A stretch of 64,000 bases of DNA from Eledone cirrhosa (GCA_964016885.1 OZ024740.1:349184001-349248000), one strand, 5' to 3'. Shown: positions 26,822 to 41,571, counted from the first letter of the stretch. Translations and numbers: made by a program. The notes: a model not told the origin generated them from the letters alone.

Positions 26822-29800
26822 TAGGGCGGATAAAATTCCCGAGATCCATGAACGAGTTCTCTCCGGCGGTCTCTGTCCCTCATCATCGCTGCCATGTCCT
26901 GCGTCTCCAAGTGACCAGTGTCTGACCATAGGGCATCAACATATATCAACCTCGGTCTCCCTTTTCTAGTGTGTCCGTGCAGGGGCCCCCAAAGGACCAC
27001 TGAGTGCAGTGTCAACTCTGGATGTCGGTGAGCATGTCCAGATAACCTCAGTCTCCTCTGTGCTACTTTCGAGCTGGCTTTTTGGAGGCCACCGTATAGC
27101 TCTTCATCCTCAGTGTATACTGATTAATTTCAGGGCCATCCTCAGCATTCTCGTGTAGAACCCATCCACCATCTGAGTGAGTTTCTTGGTCAGTATCCAA
27201 GTCCCAGTCCGTACAGCAGCACAACTCCACTACAGCAACGAAGAGACGGATCTTCAGGTCTTTACGAAGGTCCGACTTCCACACCGATCTCAAACTGTGG
27301 CACACCGCCCAGGCTTTGCCCTTCCTCTCAAACACATCATCCTCTGTGTTTCCAATTTTTGCTCCCAGATACAGGAAGTCCTCAACCAATTCTACCGGCT
27401 CCCCGCCTACATTCATAATCTTATTTGGCTTCTTAATATTCTCTATCAGATACTTCGTCTTAATCTCATTCATTCTCAGCCCCACACTCATTGACACAGT
27501 CTCCACTCTTGCATCAACTCCTCTGCCTCCTTCGCTGTGTTTGTCACCAGAACTATGTCGTCGGCAAATTCAGCATCTGATATCTTTTTCGCCTTAACTC
27601 TCCTGCTCTGGGCCCGTGTTACAGTAAAGCCAGAGTCCTGGTGTTTCTCCAGCGAAGACGCATACAATAGTCCACTGCGATGATAAAAAGGTAGGGAGCC
27701 AATGTATAGGAGCCAATGGAGCACTCCAGCCATTATCTCAAAGTACTCCGTCATCCCATCAGGTGTAATGACTTGGGCTTTGGTGTTGGTGTAGAGCAGT
27801 GATATCAAGTCCACTATCCTCTTGGGGATTCCATACGCCTGTAAGTTCTTCATCAGACAGTGACAGTCTATAGAATCAAAGGCTTTCCTAAAGTCAATGA
27901 AAACCATGACAACAGGAAGGCTCTTTGCTTTAGCTCCCTCTAATATCAGCATGTGACTGGTGGTTGACCTTCCCTCTCTGAAGCCGTTCTGGTTGTCCCT
28001 GAGCTTCTTCTTCTCGGGCTGGATCCTGTTAAGAATCATCATGTTGGGGGTCTTTGCTACAAGTGACGTCAGTGAGATCCCCCTTTTTGGCACAGGGATG
28101 ATGTTACTGATCCTCCATTGATTCGAGGCAACTCTTTTCTTCAGTACCTGGTTACAGAATCCAAGGATATCATCAAAATCACACATCTTCATCACCTCTG
28201 ATGGCACTTCATCTTCTCCATGAGCCTTGTGCTCCTTGATCTTCTTCTTGGCTCTCTGAAGCTCTTCTCTTGTGAAGGGTCATGTCTCAATATACAGTTC
28301 CTCAAGCAGCCGCCTGAACTCCCCAGTGTTTTGAGCTGTGGATGGCGGCTCTCCTAGTAGGGTCCTAAAATGGTCCAGTCATTTCCTCTTCTTATCCTCG
28401 GACCCTATTCCCTTGATCTGACTCGAACCCCTTCTCTTCATCCCTGTGATCTCGTTGATGATCATCCAGCTTTCCTTACACCCAGACCTGTCAACCGCTC
28501 TCTCCACACTTCTGATCTTCTCTATCAGCGCCTCCTCTCTGACCTCATCCCCTCCATAATCTCCTTCCTCTCCTTCGTAGGATCAGCATAGAATTGGTCC
28601 TTAGCAGCTTTCAGGTGTTCTCTGGCTGCACACACTTTTGGGTCTGCAGAGCTGACGTGCTTCCTCTTCTTCTCTCTCCTTGGCACCAAGGTCTCACTTG
28701 CTTCCGCCACTGCATTGGTGAAGTACCCGTACCTCTTCGTCACACTCTCCTCAGTCCCTCCAATATCTCCCTCCTCTGCCTCTCCACACAGAGCATTGAA
28801 CTTGTTCCTTACTTCTAGCTTATCATCTTCCTTGAAAGCTCCCCAGTCATAGATTGCTCTCCGGGGCTGAGCATTACACTTTCTTAAGCTTACCCGGACC
28901 TCATTCATAACAAGCCGGTGGTCACCGCCCAGTGTGCTGAAGTAGTTGTATGGTTCTGTGTTCAGAACACTATTCCACCACTTTTTCATCACCAGAATGA
29001 AACCAATCTGGGATTTGGACAGGTGCATATCAGAGATGTAGATCCACATATTCCCCGGATTCTTCCTAAACCTTAGGAAGGTTGCCATCAAGTTCACCTC
29101 CAGCAGGGTATCTCTCAGTAGTCCTCCATTTCGGTTGGTGTTGTTATGGAAGTACTAGCACGGGTCTCCTTACTCAGGTGTACATTGAAGTCCCCCAGAA
29201 CAATCAAGATGTTATAAGCTGGTGTGGTGTTGACAGCGCTAAACACTTCCTCATGGAACTCCTCCGCACTCACATCACTGGCTCCCTCGGTTGGCCTATA
29301 GACTGAGATGACTGTCAGTCTTGTGTTTCCATTGAAGGTCACCCTCAACACTCGCGGGGAGACAGGTATGATTCCCGTCGCCAATATATTGGTTTTTGCA
29401 CTGAACACAAAACCCACCCCTCCTACTGCAGCATTCGTTATGTTCCACACAGCTGATGTGGTGATGAGCTGGCTCCTCTTACCAATCATTACGCTTTTCA
29501 CAGGCTCATCATGTAGTATTCTGTGTTCTTGGATCGCAAGTATCTGCATACCACTCTCCTCGGACAGTTAACCCAACTCCTCTCTCTTTTCCAGCGTCCG
29601 AACAGTCCTCGCATTCAGAGTGCCCATTTTAATGGATCGTCTGCAGCACAAAACTGCATTCTTTATATTTGTCTCAGATACAGCTGATCCATCGTCCACT
29701 AGCCCACCCTGTGGTTCTAAACCATCAGAGTCATAACGATCAGATTGCTCCTTGACAGGGTAGTTAGGGGCTCTAATCCTCGTACTGTTAAATCTAGTCT

Positions 29801-29998
29801 CCATGGTTCTGTTGAGTGGCTGATAATACCTTACCGGCACCACTCGAATAAGGTAATTATTTAACCCATAAATCGAACCTTAACAGGTACTAGTACTCCA
29901 AGCCAGAGCAGAGCTGGGAGCGATAACAACTAAGGGTTAACTCCACGTTCCCCACAGCTCCTGAACTCCCGAACTGGATCCTTGCCATATCCAGGACA
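26822..29998 (-). mobile_element. Near-full-length degenerate RTE-type LINE (APE plus RT)
   Basis: GTLNART, ILAIQEH, GGVGF, VYRPT, LGDFN, QNGFREGRST, FIDFRKAFDSI, FADD, FLYLG, RKGRP across several frames. Confidence 0.85.
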
Positions 29999-30029
<31 letters not shown>

Positions 30030-30039
30030 ACGGCGATGA

Positions 30040-30534
30040 ATTACTTTTGCGAAGTTTTTTATATGAAATCGTGTGTCGAAACAAATATTGTTATAGATGG
30101 GGAGGGCCATATTTGTGTAATATTGCCAGAATTAATAACAGAACACACTCACTGTTTGGTTGGTTTTCGCTTTTCGCTTCTGTGTCTTTTATATCGGTAA
30201 TCTAATTTATTCGGTCCTCAATGTTGCCATTGACTGACCGACGGTCAAAAATAATACAGATACAATATAGACACAAAGAGGAAACAATAGCACCACTGAC
30301 GATGTTGCAGATGTGCAACGAAAGAACTTTGATAAACTATATATATGTGTTTGTGTCTATATTGTATCTGTATTATTTTTGACTATCGGTCAGTCAATGG
30401 CAACATTGAGGACCGAATAAATTAGATTACCGATATAAAAGACACAGAAGCGAAAAGCGAAAACCAACCAAACAGTGAGTGTGTTCTGTTATTAATTCTG
30501 GCAATATTACACAAATATGACCCTCCCCAAGTAT

Positions 30535-30540
<6 letters not shown>
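30040..30540. mobile_element. Fold-back copies of the 3' terminal repeat of the Naiad-like PLE
   Basis: Matches 40745-41041 in both orientations. Hammerhead-like CTGACGA-t-gttgca-gatg-tgcaac-GAAA at 30296-30323. Confidence 0.75.
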
Positions 30541-30598
<58 letters not shown>

Positions 30599-30664
30599 AT
30601 ATGTATATATATATATATGTATGTATATATATGTCGGTATATACGTATATATATATGTATGTAT

Positions 30665-30697
<33 letters not shown>

Positions 30698-30848
30698 GAT
30701 ACATATACATATGTATATAGATAGATATATATAGATATATATATATATATATGTGCGTATATAGATTCATATATACATGTATGTATATATATATGTATAT
30801 ATATATATATATATATTTGTATATACATACACATATAAATACACACAC

Positions 30849-30888
<40 letters not shown>

Positions 30889-31005
30889 TTATATGTGTAT
30901 GTATATATAACAAAGAGGGTGTGGTAAGATATCAGGTGGACTATAATGCACCAGGCTAATCAATACTTAGGGTAATATGTATATGTATATATATATATAT
31001 ATATA

Positions 31006-31722
31006 GAAAAAGAGATGAAATCGAAAATGCAACTGGAGTCTTATTTTTTTTTTTAAATATATATATTTATTTGGTTCCTTTACCGGTTTCGCAGTTCTTC
31101 TGCTTTTCAAAAGGTGAGTTGAGATGGAGGGTCTGTGGTTTTTCTCACATCTGGTTGGTCTCTGAATGTTACTTGTTTTATATGGAAAAAGTGGCTCGAA
31201 ATGCCAGGTTTTTCGAGAAGTAATTTGATTGGTTTGTCAATAATTATAATAAATTTCGCGCCAGTTCGCGTTACAATAGTTCTTCAAATAAGAGGGGTTT
31301 GTCACAGGTTGTTTTTTCATATATGAGTGTTGAAAAAACAACCTGTGACAACCCCCCCCCCCCCCCCTCTTATTTGAAGAACTATTGTAACGCGAACTGG
31401 CGCGAAATTTATTATAATTATTGACAAACCAATCAAATTACTTCTCGAAAAACCTGGCATTTCGAGCCACCTTTTCCATATAAAACAAGTAACATTCAGA
31501 GACCAACCAGATGTGAGAGAAACCACAGACCCTCCATCTCAACTCACCTTTTGAAAAGCAGAAGAACTGCGAAACCGGTAAAGGAACCAAATAAATATAT
31601 ATATATATTTTTTTAAATAAGACTCCAGTTGCATTTTCGATTTCATCTCTTTTTCTTTATACTTTCACTCGTGTAGGACACCTCGGTTATTTTTCATTTT
31701 GTAAAAAAAACCTCACTTTCTA
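31006..31722. mobile_element. Fold-back PLE-end insertion with variant hammerhead (31547-31584 +, mirror about 31077-31114 -)
   Basis: Arms about 31006-31318 and 31333-31655. cctt-TTGAAAA-gcag-aagaa-ctgc-GAAA-ccgg-TA-aagg. Confidence 0.75.
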
Positions 31723-31810
<88 letters not shown>

Positions 31811-31856
31811 ATTTAAGTATATATGTGTGTATATATATATGTATATGTATGTATGT

Positions 31857-32330
31857 CAGGTCACCAGTTGGTGCTACTGGTAACATGTATCCAAGTACAA
31901 CCTGTCTCATGGTCGGGTCGTTGTCGACTAAACTGGCAACCCCACCAAGGTTTCTTGGTGAGGAGGGTGACTTTGGACATTCTGCCGGACTAAAAACAAA
32001 ACCTGTCAAAGGGCAAAGGAGCTCTCAAGAGTCAATAGCCATTCAAAATCACCGGGAGAGATGACCCCTTAGCCTTTGTCAAGGCAGAATTCTAGGAGAA
32101 GGAAAACTCTGATATAACACCTGCAACCCTGACGGTATCCAATGATGTTGACTTGTTCTTCTTTTTGGTAAATATCATCTTGGTTAAGAGAGTGTAACTG
32201 GCTTTGTGCAGTGCCTTTGCTCACTATAAAAGCTTCACGGCACAGGCATTGCATTATATCTGGAGATCTCTCTGCACTTGTCGTCACATGGTACCATGGG
32301 CCCAGCACTATGTGTCAATAATTGTCACAA
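31857..32330 (+). mobile_element. Probable RTE-related non-autonomous element or 5' UTR fragment
   Basis: Non-microsatellite block with gtcaaggcag...ggagaaggaaaactctgat, resembling RTE 5' regions. No ORF. Confidence 0.35.
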
Positions 32331-32462
32331 GTGTAGTGTTTGTACCAGAATTTCCAAGTCGCTGGCTGGACTAAAAAGTCACACTCGTTCAGCGCATCGG
32401 TAGGGGTTCTCCTACATGGATATAAAGTAGTGGCCGTACTCGAAAACGAGTTGGCAGCCACC

Positions 32463-32494
<32 letters not shown>

Positions 32495-32565
32495 GTATAT
32501 GTATGTATATATATGTATATATATATGTATATGTATGTATATATATGTATATATATATATATGTA

Positions 32566-32624
<59 letters not shown>

Positions 32625-32827
32625 GTATATAGTAATAATAATAAATTTGAAGACTAAAATCTTCCTGTCTTCCTCCGGTTGAAACGTTTTTTGAAATATT
32701 CACTTCTGGGTTCACAGATTGACTTTATTAGTTTCAGAAGATCCCGTTAAGGGTGAAAGCAGCGATTCTTTCCTTAAACTTTAATCTGTTATTTTAATAA
32801 ATATATATATATATGTATATATATATA

Positions 32828-35335
32828 TACTTGTACTTGTGTCGACATTCACCCGGGACGGGTTGAGCCGGCTTCTTCCCTTGTCCTGACGGCATCCAGA
32901 ACCATGGCAGCCCACGCACGACGGTCCCAGGCTAGGTCACTGGAGATAGCGAACCAGTCACGGTTCCATCGGCGCAGGCCGACCACCTGCGGACCTGAGA
33001 GTTCGGAGAGGTCCTCCTTGATCGTCGCTGTCCAGGTCTTCAGCTCCGCGCCAACGCGCTTGCGCCAGTTAGGGAGTTGAGGTTGGAGGAGAACATCGTG
33101 GATCAGCTCACCCTCAGGGCGCTGGGCTGCGTGACCAAACCATCTCAAGCGCCGTTGCAGAAGCACTGAAGGAAGTGGTCGAAGATTCAGGCGAAGATGG
33201 AGACTGGTGGTAGGTACCCGATCAACGCGTCGGCAGCGAAGAATGCGGCGGAGACAGTCATTGTCGAAGACATCCAGCCCTCGTTGATCGACTACCCTCA
33301 TAGATCATGTTTCACAGCCATAGAGGAGGATAGTGCGAACGAGGGCCTGGTAGATTCGCCCTTTGGTCGCCGAGGTGATCTCCCTCCTGTCCCACAGACA
33401 CCGCTGGAAGCGCCCAAAAGCGGATCTGGCAGCACCTATGCGACGTTTGACCTCGGCTGCGCCCTTTCCCCTTGCAACCACTGTTGAGCCCAGGTAAACG
33501 AAGAACTCCACATCCGCCAGGTCCACTCCCTCGAGAGATATTGGCTTCTAGGCATCAGGCGAGACCAGTGACGTCATGTCTTTCGACTTGGCGGCATTGA
33601 TTCGTAGACCAACAACGGCGCCAGCAGTGTGCACCATTTCGAGTGCACCTTGTACCGTTAACGCCCATCAGCACGATGTCATCCGCGTAGGCCAGGTCCG
33701 TCACCACGACCCCTCTCCCGACCTCTACGCCCGGGTAATCCCAGATCGCTGTGTTGAGAGTGTAGTAAATGGCGTAGTTAAAGAGAGTTGGCAATAGCGC
33801 ACACCCCTGCCGAACACCGGTCCCAACATCGAACGACTCCGTCTCTTCATCATAGACCCTCACTCGAGCCCGAGTCGACCGGTAGTAGCCTTGTATGAGA
33901 CGAAGCAGCTTCACTGGGATGCCGTCCGCCTGCATTATACGTCATAGGGCTTGCCGATCTACCGAGTCGAAGGCAGCTGCAAAGTCGATGAAGCAGAGGA
34001 TGGTAGGCTGTTGATGTACCCACCGTTGTTCCAGGACACGCCGGAGAATGAAGATTTGATCAACGCACCCCCTCTCCGGATGGAAGCCGCCCTGAGCAGA
34101 CGAATTGCGAAGGTCTTGGCAGCAACGTCAATTAAACTGATACCCCTGTAGTTGGAACACAGTTTCCTGTCGCCTTTTTGAAGAAAGGTAGGAGAGTTGC
34201 CTCGCTCCAGTTACCAGGGAACCGCTCCGTCGCTCACACGAGAAGACTCGATAGAGCCAAGCTGCGAAGACATCAGGGTCGGCCTTGTAGACCTCAGCTG
34301 GAACGTCATCCTCGCCCGGCGCCTTGTTGTTCCGGATATGTGTCAGGACACCACGTACCTCCTCGACCGTTGGAGAGGCAGTGCTGCACCCGTATTCTTC
34401 TCCGGAAGACTGCACGTAGGTTGGTGTGGATGGTGGCGGGTGGTTGAGCAGCTTGGAGAAATGGTCCCGCCATCGGACTAGCCGGTCATTAAGATTGGTA
34501 ATGACCGCCCCGTTCCGATCATGGATCGTCTCGCTGACACCCGTACTGCTTCGGCTGGCCCGCTTCACCAGTTGGAAGAGCTTGCGCGAGTCACCACAGG
34601 CTGCTGGCCTCTCTGTCTGCTCTGCAAACTCGCGCCAGTGTGCATTCCGATCAGCCCGAATAGCCCGAGATGTACGACGTCGGAGATCTCGAAGATTGGG
34701 TGCACCCTCGAGTCGGGCCACTCACGCCCTCTCCGCGAATTCAAGAGTGCCGCCGGAGATCCAGTCCCGACGACGCCTTTGGATCGACCCGATATGCTCC
34801 CTGACCACCTCAACCGTCGCCGCCCTGAGCGCGTTCCACTCCTGCTCCGGTTGCTGTTCCACTTCGTTACTCAGCATTTGGTATTGGTTTCACAGCACTA
34901 GCCGGAAAGCATTTCCAGCATCGAGCATGAGTCGCGAGATGTCGATCCTTTTCTGGCGTTGGGAGGAGGTTTCGCCGGCTGCCGCAGACGAGAGGTTACT
35001 CGAACAAGAGTATGGTCTGACCCATGCTCACTGCCCGTATCATCCCCCCTTTTCCCCACCGACACGCACGCGAGTCCATCACTGAGCTGGCCCATCGAGA
35101 TCTGACCAGGATGTAGTCAATCTGATTGGCCGTTCTCCGTCATTGGATCGCCACGTGACGAGGTGACGCTGGGGATGTTGGAACCGGATGTTGGTGACGA
35201 TAAGACGAATGGCATCCGCGAAGGACACGAGCATTTCACCATTGTCACAGCGTACGCCTAGGGCGAAGCGTCCTAGAATATGCCGTGTTGTATCATCAGC
35301 CAACCCTGTCCTCGCATTCCAGTCCGACTCATGGA
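32828..35335 (-). mobile_element. GC-rich RTE-clade LINE, 5'-truncated, frameshifted, (CAAGTA)n tail
   Basis: TNIRFQHP..TWRSNDG, NNKAPGED, GVRQGCAL, LAYADD, FVYLGS, LLYGCET, RRLRWFGH. Minus-strand end gtgaatgtcgacacaagtacaagta. Confidence 0.9.
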
Positions 35336-35540
35336 AGAAGTGTCATGGGAGTAGTGAATTCACAAGCGGTCTCCCAAAAAACCCCATGTATATCTCGAAC
35401 GAGGGGAAAAAAACGTCCATATATACATATATGCATATATATATATATATGCATATATCTATATGTATATACATATAAATATATATACATATATATATGT
35501 ATGTACATATATATATGTATGTATATATATATATATACAT

Positions 35541-38500
35541 AGCTTAAAGGTTATTGAAAGACACTGTTTTCTGTTATATAAAAACTACAATATCAGCAGA
35601 ACTAATCCGCTTCTTAAAACACTGTGTTTCCTTCAAAATATACACAACAAACATATCAAAACAAGTAAATAATTTATTATTGAACAAAACACAAGCTGAA
35701 CGACTAAAACACACAATAACAGTTAATATGAAAAGAACAACATACACAAAAGTTAACGAACTTTACAGACAGAAACGCATTAACGGTAAGGAAGTCCGAA
35801 ATCTCACCACACCAAACGAGAGGGATGACTTCATGAGCGTCATTCGACGTGAAACGAAATACGCCCGAAACGAATGCAATAGGCATTTCAATAAGAAATT
35901 ATAATGGATGAATAAGAAAAAACTAGAAGAAGGAAAAATAGAATATTCACAAAAATACCCAGATAACATCAACAATATCCGTATGACTGATGTAGAACTA
36001 CCGGCAGAATTTACCAATGACCACACAGTAAATATTTATGGGAACACTTTAATCAGTGAACAAGAACAACAAATCCTGCAGCTACCACCAAAATTTGCAA
36101 TCTACAAAAAGATTAACCCTATTGAGTGCAAAACGGAGCTGGAAAAGTGTTTCACAAAAATACGTTGGAATGCAAAACTAAACAACAACAACAACTATAC
36201 GGACAACAACAACAATAATAACGATAGTAGTAATATAAACAATAACTCTGAGTAAGAGAACTTGATCAAGAAAAAACTTACAAATATCTAGGTGTTTGTG
36301 AAGGAGACGGAATCAAGCACTCGACAATGAGGGAAAGGATAAGGAAGGAATGTTACCGCAGAGTAAGAGCAATCTTAAGAATGGAATTGAATGCAAGGAA
36401 TAGGATCGATGCCATAAACACGCTTGCCATACCAGTAGTAACCTACAGTTACAATGTCATCAACTGGTCAAGCACAGAGATCCGTAGGCTCGATACAAAA
36501 ATTCGAAAATTCTTAACCATGCACAGAATGCATCACCCTAAGGCAGATATAGATAGAATATATCTCCCTAGGAAAGAAGGAGGACGTGGGTTAATCCAGT
36601 TAGACATTGCGTTGAAAACTGCAACAATTGGATTATCTACATAACTAAGGGAATCACATGATTGGATGATCAAACTCGTTTTGAAACACGAAAGCATCAA
36701 AAGATCATATTCCATTACAAAAGATGCACAAAGATACAGTAATGGACTACAAATTTCAGAAGTCCCATTTACTGCTGAAATGGAAAACACAGAAAAAGCA
36801 AAGCAGGTAAAAGTAACTGCAAAGAAAGAACTGTTACAGAAACTGGCTAAGAAATGGCAAGAAAAGCCTCTGTATGGAAAATACCCAGAGCGAGCTAACA
36901 ATCCTGATGTTGACTAAACTTTAACCCATCAGTGGTTGGCATCCTCTGGACTGAAATCGGAGACTGAAGGACTGATTATATCGGCACAAGATCAGTGTCT
37001 GCCAACAAAAAATTACCAAGCAACATAATAAAGAATGGATGCAGCCCATTATGCCGTGTGTGCAAAAAACAACCAGAGACCATTGACCATATAATTTCAA
37101 TGTGCAGTCCTATAGCTCCAACCGAATACCTAAACAGGCATGACAGAGCTGCACAATACGTAAATTGGATAATGTGTAAGCATTTTGACCTGCCCCATCA
37201 AAAGAATTGGTGGGAGCATCAACCACCTCCCATACTTGAAAAAGGTCACATCTCAATCTTGTGGAACTTTAGCATCCAAACAGACCGAAAAATAGATGCA
37301 AATAGACCTGATATAATATTGAAGGACTTTAAAAAGAGGGTATGCCTGCTAATTGATATGTCCGTTCCAATAGACAAGAATGTATCTATAAAAACTTTTG
37401 AAAAATTGAGCAAGTATAAGGACCTGGAGATAGACATTGGAAAAATGTGGAAATTGAGAACTAAAACAATACCAGTGGTTGTGGACGCTCTGGGAATGAT
37501 ACCTAAGGGGTCTAATGATTACTTATCGCAAATCCCAGGAAACCCGCGTATAGGAGAAATACAAAAGATAGTGCTAATGGGAACTGCCCATATACTAAGG
37601 AAGATTCTGTCAATATAAGTACATCACAAGTCTAAACACTAAAGATGCATGTGTGAGTATGTATGTTCTTTCTTGAACATGGCGGACCTTGTTGTCTCTT
37701 GAGGTCACTGGTTGTGACTTGGTGATAAATCGTATGAACATAAAGCAAGATAAATGCAACTGTAATAATAATAATAATAATAGAAACATTAACTACAGAC
37801 ACAGCAGCAGCGACCACAGTAGTAATAACGGTAACAATACGAATAACAACAACAACAACCACAGTGGTAATAATAGAAATAATATTTGTAGCAACATTAA
37901 TGACAGACACAACAAAAACAAGAAACATAATAAAAGTAACAACCACAATGGTAGAAATAACAGTAACAACAATAACGGTGGAGAAAACAACAACAATACA
38001 TCTAACAATCACAGCAACAATACATCTAGCAATCATATCAATAATAATAATGCTAATGACAGGAACAACAACAACCACCATAATAACAATAATGGCAACA
38101 CACAACTACGACGATAGATATAATGACAACCCCTTAGAGAAACTATTCTTCAACCCAGCTGACAAAACATATAAGATGGGTAATAACTATCCTACGAGGT
38201 TACCCTTTAATAAAAGAGTTTGCATACCACAACAAATAGATGACGAGACAGAGGCACAGTTCACCATAGCTAGAAATAAGATTAAACAAATAGTAGACCG
38301 GTTTACTAAGAGACAGAGCAGACCAGAGGTCCAACAACTTGGGAGGAAACCTGTAGAAGGCTTGGTTAGCCTCAAGCAGCGCACAAGGGATGGTGAGGTA
38401 GTATGTCTACCTACGGATAAGTCTGGTAGGATGTCAATAGACAGCATGCCGAACTACATCAAGGCTACGCAATCCCACATCACCAACACGAGCGAAATTG

Positions 38501-41039
38501 CACAGCAAATACATGATGGGGGAGAGAAAATCCTCAACACCACATGATGATGTGGACCGACATTCTAAAGCCAAGCAGACGCACTGCCAACAACTTCCAG
38601 GCGTCCAACAATGGCGTACCACACTTGTATGGGCTCCGCAAAGACCACAAGACAGTCGACGACCCGACAATAGGACCACCAACAAGACCTGTATGCGGAT
38701 CAAATATAGCTAGCAACTACAGGATCTCCTAATTCCTCTCAATGGTTATACGCCCCATAATCAAGATGTCCCCAGATGTATGTGACAGTACAGAGGACCT
38801 CCTCAGCAGAATCAGTGAGTGCAACAAAAACAGGAACCTATCCAACTGCATAATAGGCAGTATGGATGTGGTATCACTGTACCCATCGATTAACATTGAT
38901 TTTGCTGTGGTCAAATGTGTGGAGATAATCATTGAGAGTGACGTGGAGTTCTGCGACGTCGACACAGACGAACTGGGCCTCCTACTTAGACTCACCTACG
39001 ACACTGACTACCTAGAGAGCCATGACCTTAGACGTTTCTTCCCCAGTAGACCCATAAGAGGTAGACTCCCCACCATAACCTCAATGGCAAAAAAGACTCC
39101 CATGGGAAGGTGAATTGGGTGGACCAAAGCTATACGGGCCCCCAAAACAATGATCAGGTCAGAAAAATGGTCGCACATGCAATAGGAGCTAGTATCAAAA
39201 CTACCCTAAAGGGCCACATATTAAAGTTCAGCGAGAAGATCTACACCCAAAATGAGGGAGCAGCCAATGGCGTCAGCATAGCTGGTGACGTTGCCAACCT
39301 TTTTATGGTATGGTGGGAAAGGAGACTCAAAGATCTCCTTGATGAGAGCTCCATAGACCTCATCATGTACTCTCGTTACGTAGACGACATCAATATAGTA
39401 ATAAGGACATCCCCACAAGAGAGCACTAACAAGTTTGATTTAGAACGTAGCACAATGGAAAGCATCCAACAGATAGCTAATTCCATACACCAGAGTATAA
39501 CTGTAACTATCGACTACCCTTCCAAACACCCTAACAATCAACTACCTGTATTAGACACGGAACTCTGGATTAACACTATAGACGAGAGAGCCCAAATTCT
39601 CCACTCACACTATGCTAAACCCATGGCCTCCAAATACATGATACTCAAAAACTCAGCAATGTCCAGTAGTGCTAAGTTTAATATTCTGATCGCAGACTTG
39701 GTACGAGTGATGAAGAACGTGTCCCGCATGTGCGACCCAACAGAAATGGAAAGGCACATCCAACACTTCATCAACCGCATGCAGTTCTCTGGCTACAACC
39801 AAAGAGACAGAATCAGAGAATACGAAGGAGCCACGGAGAAGTATAAGACCCTCATAGAACTGGACATGAAAGGAATTTGCCCATTATACAGGAGCAAATC
39901 ATGGAATAGCTAAGATAGGGAAAGCCACCTCATGGTACGATAACCAGAGATACAAAAGTGTCATGTTTGTGGACGCTACGCCTGGAGGGAAATTAGCTAA
40001 CCAGTGTAGAAACTCCCTGAGAAAGACCCACTTAAAGATTAAGGTGGTAGAAAAGCCAGGAACCAGCATAAAATCCCTGATCAGCAAAACCTACCCTTTT
40101 GAGAAAACCCACTGTACTAATAGGAAATGTATCATATGTAGAGTAAACCCCCGGATAAACTGTTAAACTAGAAACGTAGTCTATAGCATAAGATGTCCAG
40201 AGGGTACTTGCAGAAACATGACAACAACATAAATAGACGAGACAGCTCGTAGCATAGGTGAAAGGATAGACCAACACTAGGGGGAACTAAAAGGACGAAA
40301 AAACGGTTCAGTACTATACGAACATGCCAGACAACAACACGACAGTAACATAGACAACATAGAAATTAGAATAATATCTAAACATAGAAATGACCCAGCA
40401 GATAGGCAAATCAGAGTGGCCAGCGAAATAGAACTTAGAAGGCCAAGGCTAAACAGAAAAAATGAATGGAATAACAACACCCAAACAAACAACACTGACC
40501 TAAGAGAAGTATAAATAAATAAATACACAAGCACAATAACAACAAACACATATAAACACACACTAGTAAACTAAGATAGAATACATTAACCAATACACAG
40601 TCATCCAAACAAGAACACACATCAAACAAAACACTATACACACACGCAAACGCATGCGCAGAGAAGACAAACAAAAATAAATAAACAAATAAATAAATAA
40701 ATAAACAAACTAAATAAAGATGGCGTAAGCATACAATGCAACGGGAGGAAACATAATAGCACCACTGACGATGTTGCAGATGTGCAATAAAATAACTCTG
40801 ATAGACTATATATATGTGTCTATATTGTATCTGTATATTTGACCGTTGGTCAGTCAATGGCAACATTGAGGACCGAATAAATTAAATTAACCGATATAAA
40901 AGACACAGAAGCGAAAACCAACCAAACAGTAAGTGTGTTCTGTTATTAATTCTGGCAATACTATTACACAAATATGATCCTCCCCAAGTATAACAATATT
41001 TGTTTCGACACACGATTTCATATCAAAAACCTCGCAAAA

Positions 41040-41041
<2 letters not shown>
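35541..41041 (+). mobile_element. Naiad-like Penelope element (RT plus GIY-YIG), degenerate, interrupted by a Dong copy
   Basis: LPPKFA, TDKSGR, PPTRPVC, GSMDVVSLYPSI, YSRYVDDI, DYPSKH..LPVLDTELW, MFVDATPGGKLA, CTNRKCIIC, NVVYSIRC..*IDETARS. The 3' repeat has a hammerhead-like motif. Clade assigned from motif recall. Confidence 0.8.
36253..37762 (+). mobile_element. R4/Dong-clade LINE, 5'-truncated copy nested in the Naiad-like ORF
   Basis: Highly similar to about 6748-8247. Ends aactg(taa)n. ORF 36995-37618 retains CCHC, RHD and the PD..D endonuclease motif. Confidence 0.9.
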
Positions 41042-41135
<94 letters not shown>

Positions 41136-41286
41136 TATATGTATATACATATATATATGTATATATATACATAATTGTGTATATATATACAAAATTGTGG
41201 TACCCTTGAAATATATATAATAAAATAAATATGGTTTTATAAATATAGTGTCCATTTATTTAATATCATTGATATATATGTATATT

Positions 41287-41318
<32 letters not shown>

Positions 41319-41525
41319 ACAAAGGAATTGTGGTAATGAACCTGATGGACCATAACGCACCAGAGTACTTAATACTTAGGGTAGTAGAGTGGGAAATAGG
41401 AAAAAGTATGACCCCGACGGCAGACCTCAAGCCGTTTCGACGGCTATTTCTGAAATACGACGGCTATTCCAGAAATAGCCATCGAAACGGCTTGAGCTCT
41501 GCCGTCGGGGTCATACTTTTTCCTA

Positions 41526-41569
<44 letters not shown>

Positions 41570-41571
<2 letters not shown>

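Noticed and set aside
30427-30959. ORFs rich in YI, CV, HT, ER or LS (also near 2400-3260, 26600, 32400, 48500, 57330)
   Set aside because: Translations of dinucleotide microsatellites, which lack stops.
35541-40500. Selenoprotein-coding Naiad element (some Naiads are known to use in-frame UGA)
   Set aside because: The linker cysteines are ordinary Cys codons and most interruptions are TAA or frameshifts. The TGA at 39111-39113 more likely replaces Trp. This looks like decay.
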